Origin: Fidelibacterota bacterium
GTDB lineage: Bacteria; Fidelibacterota; UBA8477; JABMPR01
Reading direction: 5' to 3'
NCBI GenBank assembly: GCA_018650445.1
Contig: JABIFX010000214.1
Coordinates: 2,174 to 66,173 of the forward strand
DNA: 64,000 bases
Position 1 is the first letter of the stretch. Each line of letters opens with the position of its first letter. Shown here piece by piece: positions 1 to 8,842 of this stretch. Under the pieces are notes generated by a model. That model was not told where the DNA came from, did no database searches, and was given only the letters and a program-made list of their open reading frames with translations. The translations under genes and the position numbers were made by a program.

Positions 1-617
1 AACTCTGAGGTATCTACAAAAAATAATGCCAGTGCTGAGCTAACCAAATACAACCAGAAGCTATAGGTCAGTGTGCTCATATGCTGGTTAATATTTGATG
101 AAATGAGTGTCAGGAAAGCCCATGTACCTGCACACAACACAAAATATTGATTTCCACTGGTGAAGATGGCAGACCAGCCGTCTTGCCAGACATTAATCAG
201 GATACTTCCGCCAAATATTCCCAGGAGCAGACCGCCTAACGAACGACCTCTCGGTAATTTCTTATGAACAATTGAGATGAGCAGAAAAGTCAAAACCGGA
301 TTTAGGGTGGTAACCAACACCCCACCGGCCCCTGCTGCCCCAAGCCGAGTCCCTGCAAAATAAAAATGATTGTAAAGGACGAGAAAAACAGCGCTCCCTA
401 GGATTGAGGGTAGTCCTGCCAGAGTGAATTTCCATTCAACCCCTCGCAGGATCAAAATGAACCACATAAATATCCCTGCTATAAAAAAGCGCCAGAACAT
501 CAAAATGGGGATGCTGGTATAAGCACCCAGGATCTTTCCATTGGTCCACGAAAGCCCCCATAGTACCATGGCGAGAATCATAATAACATAGAGAAAGGTG
601 TGTTCTGATCTTTTCAT
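1..617 (-). CDS. EamA/DMT-family permease, N-terminal part (C-terminus lies beyond the window edge)
   Basis: Not in the ORF track because it runs off the window. Reverse-complement reading from ATG (615-617) gives MKRSEHTFLYVIMILAMVLWGLSWTNGKILGAYTSIPILMFWRFF..., open to position 1 with no in-frame stop. It has repeated hydrophobic helices typical of EamA-type transporters. Confidence 0.6.
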   Translation of the reverse strand, partial: MKRSEHTFLYVIMILAMVLWGLSWTNGKILGAYTSIPILMFWRFFIAGIFMWFILILRGVEWKFTLAGLPSILGSAVFLVLYNHFYFAGTRLGAAGAGGVLVTTLNPVLTFLLISIVHKKLPRGRSLGGLLLGIFGGSILINVWQDGWSAIFTSGNQYFVLCAGTWAFLTLISSNINQHMSTLTYSFWLYLVSSALALFFVDTSE

Positions 618-659
618 CTGACAGGTTAATCAGGGGAACTGAATTTACCCTAACTCAAA

Positions 660-696
660 TTAAAAAAGTCCCCACCAATTTCTTGATAGGGACTTT
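660..696 (-). terminator. Weak intrinsic terminator candidate after the malic enzyme gene
   Basis: On the minus strand, AAGTCCC-N16-GGGACTT is followed by a T-run, about 22 nt after the stop at 718. The loop is long, so support is weak. Confidence 0.3.
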
Positions 697-717
697 GTAT
701 TGAGTGTTAGCTAGGTT

Positions 718-2415
718 TTACTCAGAAGCTGCGACGTAGCGTGGATATACAGGTTGAAACATATTTCCTTTTACCCAGGCTTTGATATTCTTAGGTCTCT
801 CAACTCGAGCCAGGCCTTCATCAAAGGCCATTTCGCAAATAGCTGAGGCAATAGTCAGAGATATTTTTCTGATCTTCCGTAGATCTGGATATACTGTTCT
901 AAGGGCGAGTTCTTCCTCTGTGACCATGTCAGCAAGAGTCTTCGCGGCCATATAAAACATGGCATCAGTCACTTTTTTGGCCTGACATAATGAAGCACCT
1001 AAACCCACACCTGGAAAAATGAACATATTGTTGCCTTGTCCAGGAACATAGATTTTTCCACGCATTCTCACGGGATCAAAAGGACTACCACTGGCAAAGA
1101 TGACTTTGCCTTTTGTCCACTTATATGCCTGTTGAGCCGTGCACTCTGACTTTGATGTGGGGTTGGAAAGAGCGAAAATGATGGGCTGTTTGGAATAGTT
1201 CATCATTTCTTTGACAACTTCTTCGGTGAAGGTCTGACCCTGACCACTGACGCCAACCAGAATAGTAGGTTTAACTGCTTTGATAACATCCATGAGATTG
1301 TCGATGAGATCTTCATCCCTGGCATAGGGAACTTTATGATCCTGAAGTGGACGGGGACCATTCTTCACAACCAATCCCTGGCTATCAATTAACCAGAATA
1401 GTTTTCTGGCTTCTTCTTCACTCATACCGCTTTCTTCAATAATTCCAGCCACAATCATATCTGCGATACCAACCGCTGCTGATCCAGCTCCGTAGAAAAT
1501 AATACGCTGATCTGCGAGTTTTTCTTGCTTCATGCGCATCCCACCGAGTAGACCAGATAAAGCAACTGCGCCAGTACCCTGGATGTCGTCATTAAAGCAC
1601 AGCACATCTTCTCGGTATTTATTCAGGATTGGGAAGGCATGATTATTGGTAAAATCTTCCCACTGAATCAAAGCTTTGGGCCATCTATCCTGTACTGCAT
1701 TGACAAATTCTTCAACGATCTCATAGTATTCATCATCATCGATACGATGCTGATTGAGACCCAGATAGAGTGGATCGGCCAGTAATTCTTCATTGTTGGT
1801 TCCTGTGTCCAGAAGAATAGGTAATGTCTTGCAAGGATACACACCCCCACCAGCGACATAGAGGGCCAGTTTCCCGATAGGTATACCCATTCCATTGGCA
1901 CCTAGATCTCCTAATCCAAGGATTCTGGATCCATCTGAGATCACGATAATGTCAATTTCATCCTGGTTCCAGTTATCGAAGATATTTCTAATTTGTCCTT
2001 TGTCTTTAGCACTGATATACATCCCGCGATTTTTGCGATATATATGACCAAATTGCTGACAGGCTGCACCGACAACGGGCGTATAGACAATGGGTGTCAT
2101 CTCCATCAGGTTCTCAGTGAGTACCTTATAATAAAGCGTCTCGTTTCTATCATGAAGACTTGTCAGGAAGATGAATTTCTCCAACGGATCAGTTTTGCGC
2201 CGATAGTTTTCCAGAACTCGGACAACTTGTTCTTCAATATCCACGACTTTTGGTGGAACCAGACCTTGAAGACCCAATTCCTTCCGCTCGTCCTCTGAAA
2301 ATGCTGTTCCTTTATTGAGCAATGGCTCATTTAGAACATCTGTGCCTCTGATGATCACCTCAAGCGGTTCATCCAAACTTTCCATTTGATAACGACGTTT
2401 TTTTACAATTCCCAT
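718..2415 (-). CDS. maeA: NAD(P)-dependent malic enzyme (565 aa)
   Basis: N-terminus has LNEPLLNKGTAFSEDERKELGLQGLVPP and the protein shows full-length malic-enzyme architecture. An AAGGGG Shine-Dalgarno lies 6 nt before ATG 2415. Confidence 0.85.
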   Translation of the reverse strand: MGIVKKRRYQMESLDEPLEVIIRGTDVLNEPLLNKGTAFSEDERKELGLQGLVPPKVVDIEEQVVRVLENYRRKTDPLEKFIFLTSLHDRNETLYYKVLTENLMEMTPIVYTPVVGAACQQFGHIYRKNRGMYISAKDKGQIRNIFDNWNQDEIDIIVISDGSRILGLGDLGANGMGIPIGKLALYVAGGGVYPCKTLPILLDTGTNNEELLADPLYLGLNQHRIDDDEYYEIVEEFVNAVQDRWPKALIQWEDFTNNHAFPILNKYREDVLCFNDDIQGTGAVALSGLLGGMRMKQEKLADQRIIFYGAGSAAVGIADMIVAGIIEESGMSEEEARKLFWLIDSQGLVVKNGPRPLQDHKVPYARDEDLIDNLMDVIKAVKPTILVGVSGQGQTFTEEVVKEMMNYSKQPIIFALSNPTSKSECTAQQAYKWTKGKVIFASGSPFDPVRMRGKIYVPGQGNNMFIFPGVGLGASLCQAKKVTDAMFYMAAKTLADMVTEEELALRTVYPDLRKIRKISLTIASAICEMAFDEGLARVERPKNIKAWVKGNMFQPVYPRYVAASE

Positions 2416-2614
2416 GATTAACCCCTTCTAAAACTATTTTTAAACATTAAGGGACACAATGTGCTGAAGTGAACCCTTTGCTGGTGTTGATCTTTCATGT
2501 TGACATAAATATGCAAAAATGATGCAAGCTTGGCACTATTCATGCAAATAAAATTGAACGATTAGAGATTTTTTAATCACCAGTCGATTCATTTTTAATA
2601 ATAGCGGAGGAACA

Positions 2615-3862
2615 ATGAAAATTAAAAATCGTTGGTTTGTTGTTTTGGGGGCAGTTCTCATTCAGTTAGCATTGGGGGCAATTTACGCATGGTCAGTTTT
2701 TACTCCATCACTGGTCGATGCTGGGTGGACAAAAGCAATGACACAGGCTGTTTTTGCTACAGGCTTGTTCTTTTTTGCAGTTGTCATGGTCATCGCAGGT
2801 AGAATTATGCCCAAATTGGGACCACGCAAGGTTGCCATGTCGGGTGGATTTGTTTTGGGTTCTGGATATCTGCTTGCAGGTCTCTTCGGTGGTACCAATT
2901 TTATTGCTCTTCTTATATTTATCGGAATGATAGGTGGAGCTGGAATCGGTCTCGCTTATGTAGTACCAATTGCAGTGGGCATGCGTTGGTTTCCAGATAA
3001 AAAGGGCTTGATTACAGGAATGGCTGTTTCAGGATTTGGCTTTGGCGCAACTCTATGGGTCAAATTAGCTGGATCATGGGGCACACTCATCGCCCTCTAC
3101 GGGTTGAGTACAACCTTCACCGCTCTGGGTGCTATCTTCATGCTCATGATTCTGGTTGGAGGCATCTGGATGATTTTTCCACCAGAAGGTTGGTTACCCG
3201 CCGGATACACCCTACCCGTCGCTTCTGATGGATCAGCCATCGGCGATGAGAATCATTTTAACAGTACTGAAATGTTAAAGACACCACAGTTCCACTTTAT
3301 CTCCATGACTTTCGCCTTTGGTGCCAGCGCAGGGCTCATGAGTATAGGCCTTATGAAATTGTGGCCTATGGTAGCCTTAACTGGCAACGGTATCGATAAA
3401 GTTGCTGCCAGCGCCATTGCTGGTACTGCTATGGCTGTGTTTTTCTCACTTGCCAATGGTCTGGGACGAATTGCCTGGGGTGCCATTAGTGACAAGCTGG
3501 GTCGCAAGCAATCCATTGTTATTATGATGGCCACTCAAGGTATTTTTGTCATTCTTTTCCAATGGATGGCTGGAACACCTGCACTCCTGTATCTGGGTGC
3601 AACTCTGATTGGTTTTAACTTTGGCGGAAATTTTTCGCTCTTCCCAACTATCACAGCTGATACATTTGGTAGTAAGTTTATCGGACAGAATTATGGATGG
3701 GTATTTTTAGCCTATGGTTTTGGTGGAATACTTGGTCCAATCATGGGTGGCTGGCTAGGAGACATGGGTAACTTCCCATTGGCCTTCACCATTTGTGGAA
3801 TACTCTGTTTAGTAGCTGCAGTCATCATGTCACAAATAAAGCCTGCAACAAAAACAGTTTAA
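2615..3862 (+). CDS. MFS transporter, oxalate/formate antiporter (OFA)-like
   Basis: 415 aa with about 12 hydrophobic helices. N-terminus WFVVLGAVLIQLALGAIYAWSVF is typical of the OFA family. GGAGG RBS precedes the ATG. Confidence 0.75.
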   Translation: MKIKNRWFVVLGAVLIQLALGAIYAWSVFTPSLVDAGWTKAMTQAVFATGLFFFAVVMVIAGRIMPKLGPRKVAMSGGFVLGSGYLLAGLFGGTNFIALLIFIGMIGGAGIGLAYVVPIAVGMRWFPDKKGLITGMAVSGFGFGATLWVKLAGSWGTLIALYGLSTTFTALGAIFMLMILVGGIWMIFPPEGWLPAGYTLPVASDGSAIGDENHFNSTEMLKTPQFHFISMTFAFGASAGLMSIGLMKLWPMVALTGNGIDKVAASAIAGTAMAVFFSLANGLGRIAWGAISDKLGRKQSIVIMMATQGIFVILFQWMAGTPALLYLGATLIGFNFGGNFSLFPTITADTFGSKFIGQNYGWVFLAYGFGGILGPIMGGWLGDMGNFPLAFTICGILCLVAAVIMSQIKPATKTV

Positions 3863-3879
3863 ATCCAGCACCAATTAAC

Positions 3880-3919
3880 AAAAAAAAAGAGACAGCCTTT
3901 GCTGTCTCTTTTTTTTTAT
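3880..3919. terminator. Bidirectional rho-independent terminator between the convergent MFS and mtaB genes
   Basis: A9-AGAGACAGC-CTTT-GCTGTCTCT-T10. It is a perfect 9-bp stem with a 4-nt loop, an A-run on one side and a T-run on the other. Confidence 0.85.
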
Positions 3920-3934
3920 TCTTTACCTAGAAGT

Positions 3935-5239
3935 TCAGGTAGATATTGAAGCTAATATTTTTGAGTTTTGTAAACCTGTGAGCTCAACAGCTACAATGCT
4001 ATTCAACAATGCTTCTGAACTACTGCTAATATGGACTTTCAGGTAATTTTCTGTCATTCCAGTCAGAATCCCTTCATTAGAACTCTCAAGCAGGACCTGC
4101 TTTGACTGATTTAGTTGTCGCAGAGCAAAGGTCTGACGCTTTTTCTCTGAAAGCTGTGTCAAGCGCTTGTTTCTATCTTTTCGATCCCTCATGCCTACTT
4201 TACCAGACATTTTGATAGCATCGGTATTTGGTCTCTCTGAATAGGTAAAAACATGGAGATAAGAAATATCTAATGATTCTATTAGGTCGTAGGTCTCCTG
4301 GAATTCAACTGCACCCTCACCTGGGAATCCAACGATAACATCCACACCTATGCCCGCATCAGGCATAACTGATCTCACGGCTTTAATCCGGTCTTTGTAC
4401 AGTTCAACACCATATCTCCGTTTCATAAGACTCAGTATTTTATCTGAGCCAGCCTGTAGCGGAATATGAAAGTGTGGCAGGATGCTTTTTGATTTTGAGA
4501 CAAAGTCGATAATCTCATCCGTAAGTAAGTTTGGTTCTATAGATGAGATTCTGATGCGGTCAATACCTTCTACAACATCCAACCTTTTCAATAGATCGAT
4601 AAGCGCTAAATCCGACCCAAATCGGTAGTCACCGACATTTACGCCTGTGAGAACAATCTCCTTGACGCCTTGAGCCGCAATTTCGTGAGCCTGATTGACC
4701 AGTATCTCAGGATCAATGCTGCGACTTTTCCCCCTGGCCAATGGGATAGTACAATAGGTACATGGGTAATCACATCCATCCTGTATTTTTAAAAATGATC
4801 GAGTTCTATCGCCAACAGAATAGGATGGCGTGCAACCATGCAATTCATCAATCGCTGTGTCTTGAATAATCAGGGGAGTTTTTCGGGGGGAATCAAAATC
4901 AAGATGCTGAAGAAGATTAAATTTTTCCTTCATCCCCAGTACAACATCTACCTTGGATGTTGCGACAATATTTTCTGGGCGCAACTGCGCATAACAGCCA
5001 ATGACAGCTACTTTTGATTCAGGCGCCTGTCTTTTCGCTTTGTTCACAATCTTACGAAACTCGCGGTCAGCATTCTCAGTTACTGAACAGGTATTGATAA
5101 CATAGAGATCAGCCGCTTGATTAAAGTCGATCTTTTCATATCCAGCTGCTGTGAATTGCCGACCAATGGTTGATGTTTCGGCGTAATTGAGCTTACATCC
5201 GAGTGTATGAAAGGCGACCTTTTTTGCTCTACTATTCAT
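3935..5239 (-). CDS. mtaB: Radical-SAM methylthiotransferase, MtaB-like (MiaB family)
   Basis: N-terminal UPF0004 pattern VAFHTLGCKLNYAETS. Radical-SAM motif CDYPCTYC (Cx3Cx2C). C-terminal TRAM-like region. Confidence 0.8.
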   Translation of the reverse strand: MNSRAKKVAFHTLGCKLNYAETSTIGRQFTAAGYEKIDFNQAADLYVINTCSVTENADREFRKIVNKAKRQAPESKVAVIGCYAQLRPENIVATSKVDVVLGMKEKFNLLQHLDFDSPRKTPLIIQDTAIDELHGCTPSYSVGDRTRSFLKIQDGCDYPCTYCTIPLARGKSRSIDPEILVNQAHEIAAQGVKEIVLTGVNVGDYRFGSDLALIDLLKRLDVVEGIDRIRISSIEPNLLTDEIIDFVSKSKSILPHFHIPLQAGSDKILSLMKRRYGVELYKDRIKAVRSVMPDAGIGVDVIVGFPGEGAVEFQETYDLIESLDISYLHVFTYSERPNTDAIKMSGKVGMRDRKDRNKRLTQLSEKKRQTFALRQLNQSKQVLLESSNEGILTGMTENYLKVHISSSSEALLNSIVAVELTGLQNSKILASIST

Positions 5240-5417
5240 CGTTATATAATAGTCACCACGACACTGTTGGAAAGTTCATTCTGATTGAGAATTCGGTTTC
5301 AATTTTGTGAATGGAATGATCCCATAAAATGACGATATTAACGAATATGCCGCCCCGATTTCAGTTTGATTTAGTACAGAGCAAATTATTTTGTTTTCTC
5401 ATATCAAAGGAGTAAAT

Positions 5418-5720
5418 ATGAACCTATTTTCACATTCCTGGCTTCCTTTCATCTACCTGTATGGTCTAGGAGGAATCCTATTCATCGCAGGAATCATCAT
5501 CACCATGAAAGCCGGTTCGTGTGACCTGAAACGTCCCAAACATAAAAAGTGGATGTGGATTTTAATCTTTGGTTTTGTCTGGTACTTTACCATGCACGCA
5601 TTAATGACGTGGGCTGCCCTAGGAACCATCTCTCCCTATACTGTACTCTATACCCTGTTAGCTATGGTTGCAGTATTTATTGTTGTAACTCTAAGATTTG
5701 GAAAAGGAGCGAGGGCATAA
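5418..5720 (+). CDS. Small 3-TM membrane protein translationally coupled to the symporter
   Basis: ATG 5418 has a GGAG 6 nt upstream; the track start at 5391 is an upstream TTG. The stop overlaps the symporter start as TAATG at 5718-5722. The sequence has three hydrophobic segments. Confidence 0.55.
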   Translation: MNLFSHSWLPFIYLYGLGGILFIAGIIITMKAGSCDLKRPKHKKWMWILIFGFVWYFTMHALMTWAALGTISPYTVLYTLLAMVAVFIVVTLRFGKGARA

Positions 5721-7816
5721 TGCAGACCTTTCATAGCATCGGAACTACCACTGATTGGATTGTTATGGTGGTCTATTTCATGGCCATTATGCTTTTTGGT
5801 AGCTATTTCGGACGATATACTAAGAACACATCAGATTTTTTCTTTGGCGGTCGTCGATTCTCCTGGTGGCTGATTACCATGTCTATTGTCGCTACTGGAG
5901 TAGGAAGTCATAGTTTTGTAAAATATTCAGCTAAGGGTTTTGAGCACGGAATTTCTTCCTCAATGACTTACCTGAATGACTGGTTTTTTATTGCCTTCTT
6001 CATGTTTGGCTGGCTACCAATTATCGTCTATTCAAAAGTACGATCCATTCCTGAATATTTTGAGAAGAGATTCAGTCCATCATCACGATTTATCGCGACT
6101 ATTCTCTTATTGCTCTACATGATCGGATATATTGGTATAGGCTTCCTTACTCTTGGCAAGGCTGTCATTCCCATGTTACCCAGCGCATTTGTATTCTTTG
6201 GAATGACCATACCCATTACTCTCATGGGCGCCATCATTGTCATTGCGATAATTACGGGTATTTATATTACATTTGGCGGACAAACTGCCGTTATTTTTAC
6301 CGACCTTTTACAAGGCTTTATCCTCCTTTTTGCAGGATTACTACTCTTCTTCTTTGGCATTACCTATTTGGGCGGGTTTGATATCTTCTGGAATCTTCTG
6401 CCTACGGAGTGGAAACTCCCCATGGCGGACTTTAATCAACCCTCCAATTTCAATTTTGTGGGAATATTCTGGCAGGATGCCATCGCCGGATCTATTGGGT
6501 TCTTATTTATGAATCAAGGACTTATCATGCGCTTTATGGCCTGTAAAAATGTAAATGAAGGTCGCAAAGCTGCTGGAATCAATATTCTCTTCGTCCTGCC
6601 AATATCAGCCATCGTAGTTGGTAATGCAGGCTGGGTTGGCAAGGCAATATCAATCGCCAGTCCAGAGGTTGTAAGTCCCTCTGTTTCACCGGACCAAATT
6701 TTTGTAGTGGTTGCAAATATCATTGCCAGTCCTGGAATGTTCGGATTCATTATGGCTGCTCTGACGGCTGCCTTAATGAGTACTGTCGATACGTTAATTA
6801 ATGCTACGGCTGCCATTTATATCAATGATGTGTATCGTCCTATAAGGCAGTTTCTTAAGAAGGCTACAGGAACAGTTGCTGAAAGTGATAGACGTGAACT
6901 GAGGGCAGCACGTTATGCATCTATCGCTGTCACCACACTGGGCGTTTTAGCTGTACTGGCTTTTAAAAACTTCCCAACCGTTTACGAAGCTCATGGATTT
7001 TTCCACTCAACCTTGACCCCACCTCTGGTCGTAGGAATATTCCTTGGAGTATTCTGGAAGCGATTTACGGCATCAGCTGTTATTACCACCTTTGTGGGTG
7101 GTGTAGCTTTGATGATACTTGGGGCGAGATTTCCGGGAATATTAATTGCTCCTTTTGACCATGGCATTGAAATGAATGAAGCTCACCCCTATTCTTACAT
7201 CCGAGCCCTTTACAATACATTAGTATGTGGGGGCGTTGGACTCCTGGCAGCTTATACTACTCAGTTCCAACTTAGTCTCATCTCGAACATTCGAAGTATG
7301 GCCAATAGCAAAATGACTATGAATGGATTGCTTGGACTTGCTATTCTATTGTTTGGAATAGTGCTGTTCGGAATTGCTGGAATGACAATCCAACTCTTTG
7401 CAGCTTTTGGTGTCATTCTTTTTGTTCCATTGGTCGTGACATACTTTGTCAAATATGATCAGGATGTGAACACGCTAGGATTAACAGCAAGTTCTATTCA
7501 GATAGCTCGAAAGCAATTTAAAGGCAGTGAGCCAAATGATCAAGAAGGTGAAAACGTACTCGTCCATTGGAAACTGATTGAAAGTGATGAAAGTATGATG
7601 CGTTTTTCAAATAATGATATGTCTCTGATGAAAGCAAATCAGGGAGATCTCGTGTATCTTTCTGATAAGCGAGGATGGCTGGGCGGCTTGAAATCTGTTC
7701 ATGCATCATATGCCGAACCCCACGATGAAGATGGTGTCGTTTATATGACACAAGATCTGGCTGAATCAGGTCTATTTGTTGAGGGTCGTGAGCTCCGCGC
7801 TGAAAAAGAAATGTAG
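5720..7816 (+). CDS. Sodium:solute symporter (SSS family) with about 110-aa soluble C-terminal extension
   Basis: MQTFHSIGTTTDWIVMVVYFMAIMLFGSYFGRY...FFFGGRRFSWW is a typical SSS N-terminus. The track ORF start at 5549 overlaps the upstream gene and is rejected. The tail after the last TM is hydrophilic (ENVLVHWKLIESDESMMRFSNNDMSLMKANQGDLVYLSDKRG...). Confidence 0.85.
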   Translation: MQTFHSIGTTTDWIVMVVYFMAIMLFGSYFGRYTKNTSDFFFGGRRFSWWLITMSIVATGVGSHSFVKYSAKGFEHGISSSMTYLNDWFFIAFFMFGWLPIIVYSKVRSIPEYFEKRFSPSSRFIATILLLLYMIGYIGIGFLTLGKAVIPMLPSAFVFFGMTIPITLMGAIIVIAIITGIYITFGGQTAVIFTDLLQGFILLFAGLLLFFFGITYLGGFDIFWNLLPTEWKLPMADFNQPSNFNFVGIFWQDAIAGSIGFLFMNQGLIMRFMACKNVNEGRKAAGINILFVLPISAIVVGNAGWVGKAISIASPEVVSPSVSPDQIFVVVANIIASPGMFGFIMAALTAALMSTVDTLINATAAIYINDVYRPIRQFLKKATGTVAESDRRELRAARYASIAVTTLGVLAVLAFKNFPTVYEAHGFFHSTLTPPLVVGIFLGVFWKRFTASAVITTFVGGVALMILGARFPGILIAPFDHGIEMNEAHPYSYIRALYNTLVCGGVGLLAAYTTQFQLSLISNIRSMANSKMTMNGLLGLAILLFGIVLFGIAGMTIQLFAAFGVILFVPLVVTYFVKYDQDVNTLGLTASSIQIARKQFKGSEPNDQEGENVLVHWKLIESDESMMRFSNNDMSLMKANQGDLVYLSDKRGWLGGLKSVHASYAEPHDEDGVVYMTQDLAESGLFVEGRELRAEKEM

Positions 7817-7824
7817 AACCTAAA

Positions 7825-8841
7825 GTGCGCCTTCTCTTCCTCTCACTAATCGTTATCATAGGGTCGAGTGGGCTGTTTGCTCAAAGTCAATTTAAAGCTG
7901 CATTCTGGAATATAGAGAATCTATTCGATACTACGAATGCAGCTCATATCCGGGATGACGATTTTACTCCCTCCGGTAAATATCAATGGACTGAAGAAAG
8001 ACTGACAAAAAAGTTCCAGGATCTATCCAGGGTTATCCATGATATTGATAGGTCCAATGATCTTGCCATATTGGGTCTGGCAGAGATTGAAAATAAATTC
8101 GTTTTGAATCGTTTAAATGAAGATTTCATAAAACGTGGAATGAAGATGGTTCACAAGGAATCTCCTGATGAACGGGGCATTGACTGTGCTTTGCTTTATG
8201 ATCCCAGCCTGGTCACTGCCAGGAACATTCAGTTCCACCCCATTTATCTGGCGGGAGATGAGAAAACCAGAGATATTGTTGAGACTGAATTTAGTTTTAA
8301 CAATACCGATGAGAGCAAAACGCTCTACGTCTTTGTTAATCACTGGCCTTCTCGCTGGGGAGGTCAGAAAAAAACAGATCCGCTCCGTCGAAGCGCTGCC
8401 AGTACGCTACGAATTCGCATAGATCAAATTCTTTTAAAGAATCCTCAGGCAGATATTTTAATCATGGGTGATTTTAATGATTATCCAGATGATCCCTCAT
8501 TATATGATATCCTCAGAGCTCATGAAGCAGGTCCCCATTCCTATCCAGGTGACCTGGTTAATACAACCTGGTCGTTAGATAAAAACCCTGATGCCGGAAC
8601 CTGTATGTACCGAGGCAAATGGACAGTACTGGATCAAATTATCATTTCAGCTGGTATGCGGGACAAAAAGAATTTTGATTGGGCATTCGAATCCACACAG
8701 ACTTTTATGCCTGCTTATCTCATTGAAAAAGACGGAAGGTACAAAGGCTGGCCTTACCGGATGTATCGTAGTAGTAATTATCATGGTGGATATTCTGACC
8801 ATTTGCCCATTATATGTAATATCCTAGTAAGTCATAATTAA
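7825..8841 (+). CDS. Secreted endonuclease/exonuclease/phosphatase (EEP) family protein
   Basis: GTG start and signal peptide MRLLFLSLIVIIGSSGLFAQ. EEP-type motifs WNIENLFD, VNHWPSR, GDFND and SDHLPI are present. Confidence 0.75.
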   Translation: MRLLFLSLIVIIGSSGLFAQSQFKAAFWNIENLFDTTNAAHIRDDDFTPSGKYQWTEERLTKKFQDLSRVIHDIDRSNDLAILGLAEIENKFVLNRLNEDFIKRGMKMVHKESPDERGIDCALLYDPSLVTARNIQFHPIYLAGDEKTRDIVETEFSFNNTDESKTLYVFVNHWPSRWGGQKKTDPLRRSAASTLRIRIDQILLKNPQADILIMGDFNDYPDDPSLYDILRAHEAGPHSYPGDLVNTTWSLDKNPDAGTCMYRGKWTVLDQIIISAGMRDKKNFDWAFESTQTFMPAYLIEKDGRYKGWPYRMYRSSNYHGGYSDHLPIICNILVSHN

Positions 8842-8842
8842 G

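Noticed and set aside
1668-2298. Small ORFs 1668..1901 (-) and 1993..2298 (+) within the malic enzyme locus
   Set aside because: They are alternative-frame or antisense readings inside a well-supported 565-aa gene. Similar nested ORFs throughout the track were ignored for the same reason.
5549-5719. The N-terminal 57 codons of the 755-aa track ORF for the symporter
   Set aside because: This stretch overlaps the 3-TM small protein in another frame and translates to a Cys-rich, non-SSS sequence. The ATG at 5720 gives a canonical SSS N-terminus and a TAATG coupling junction.
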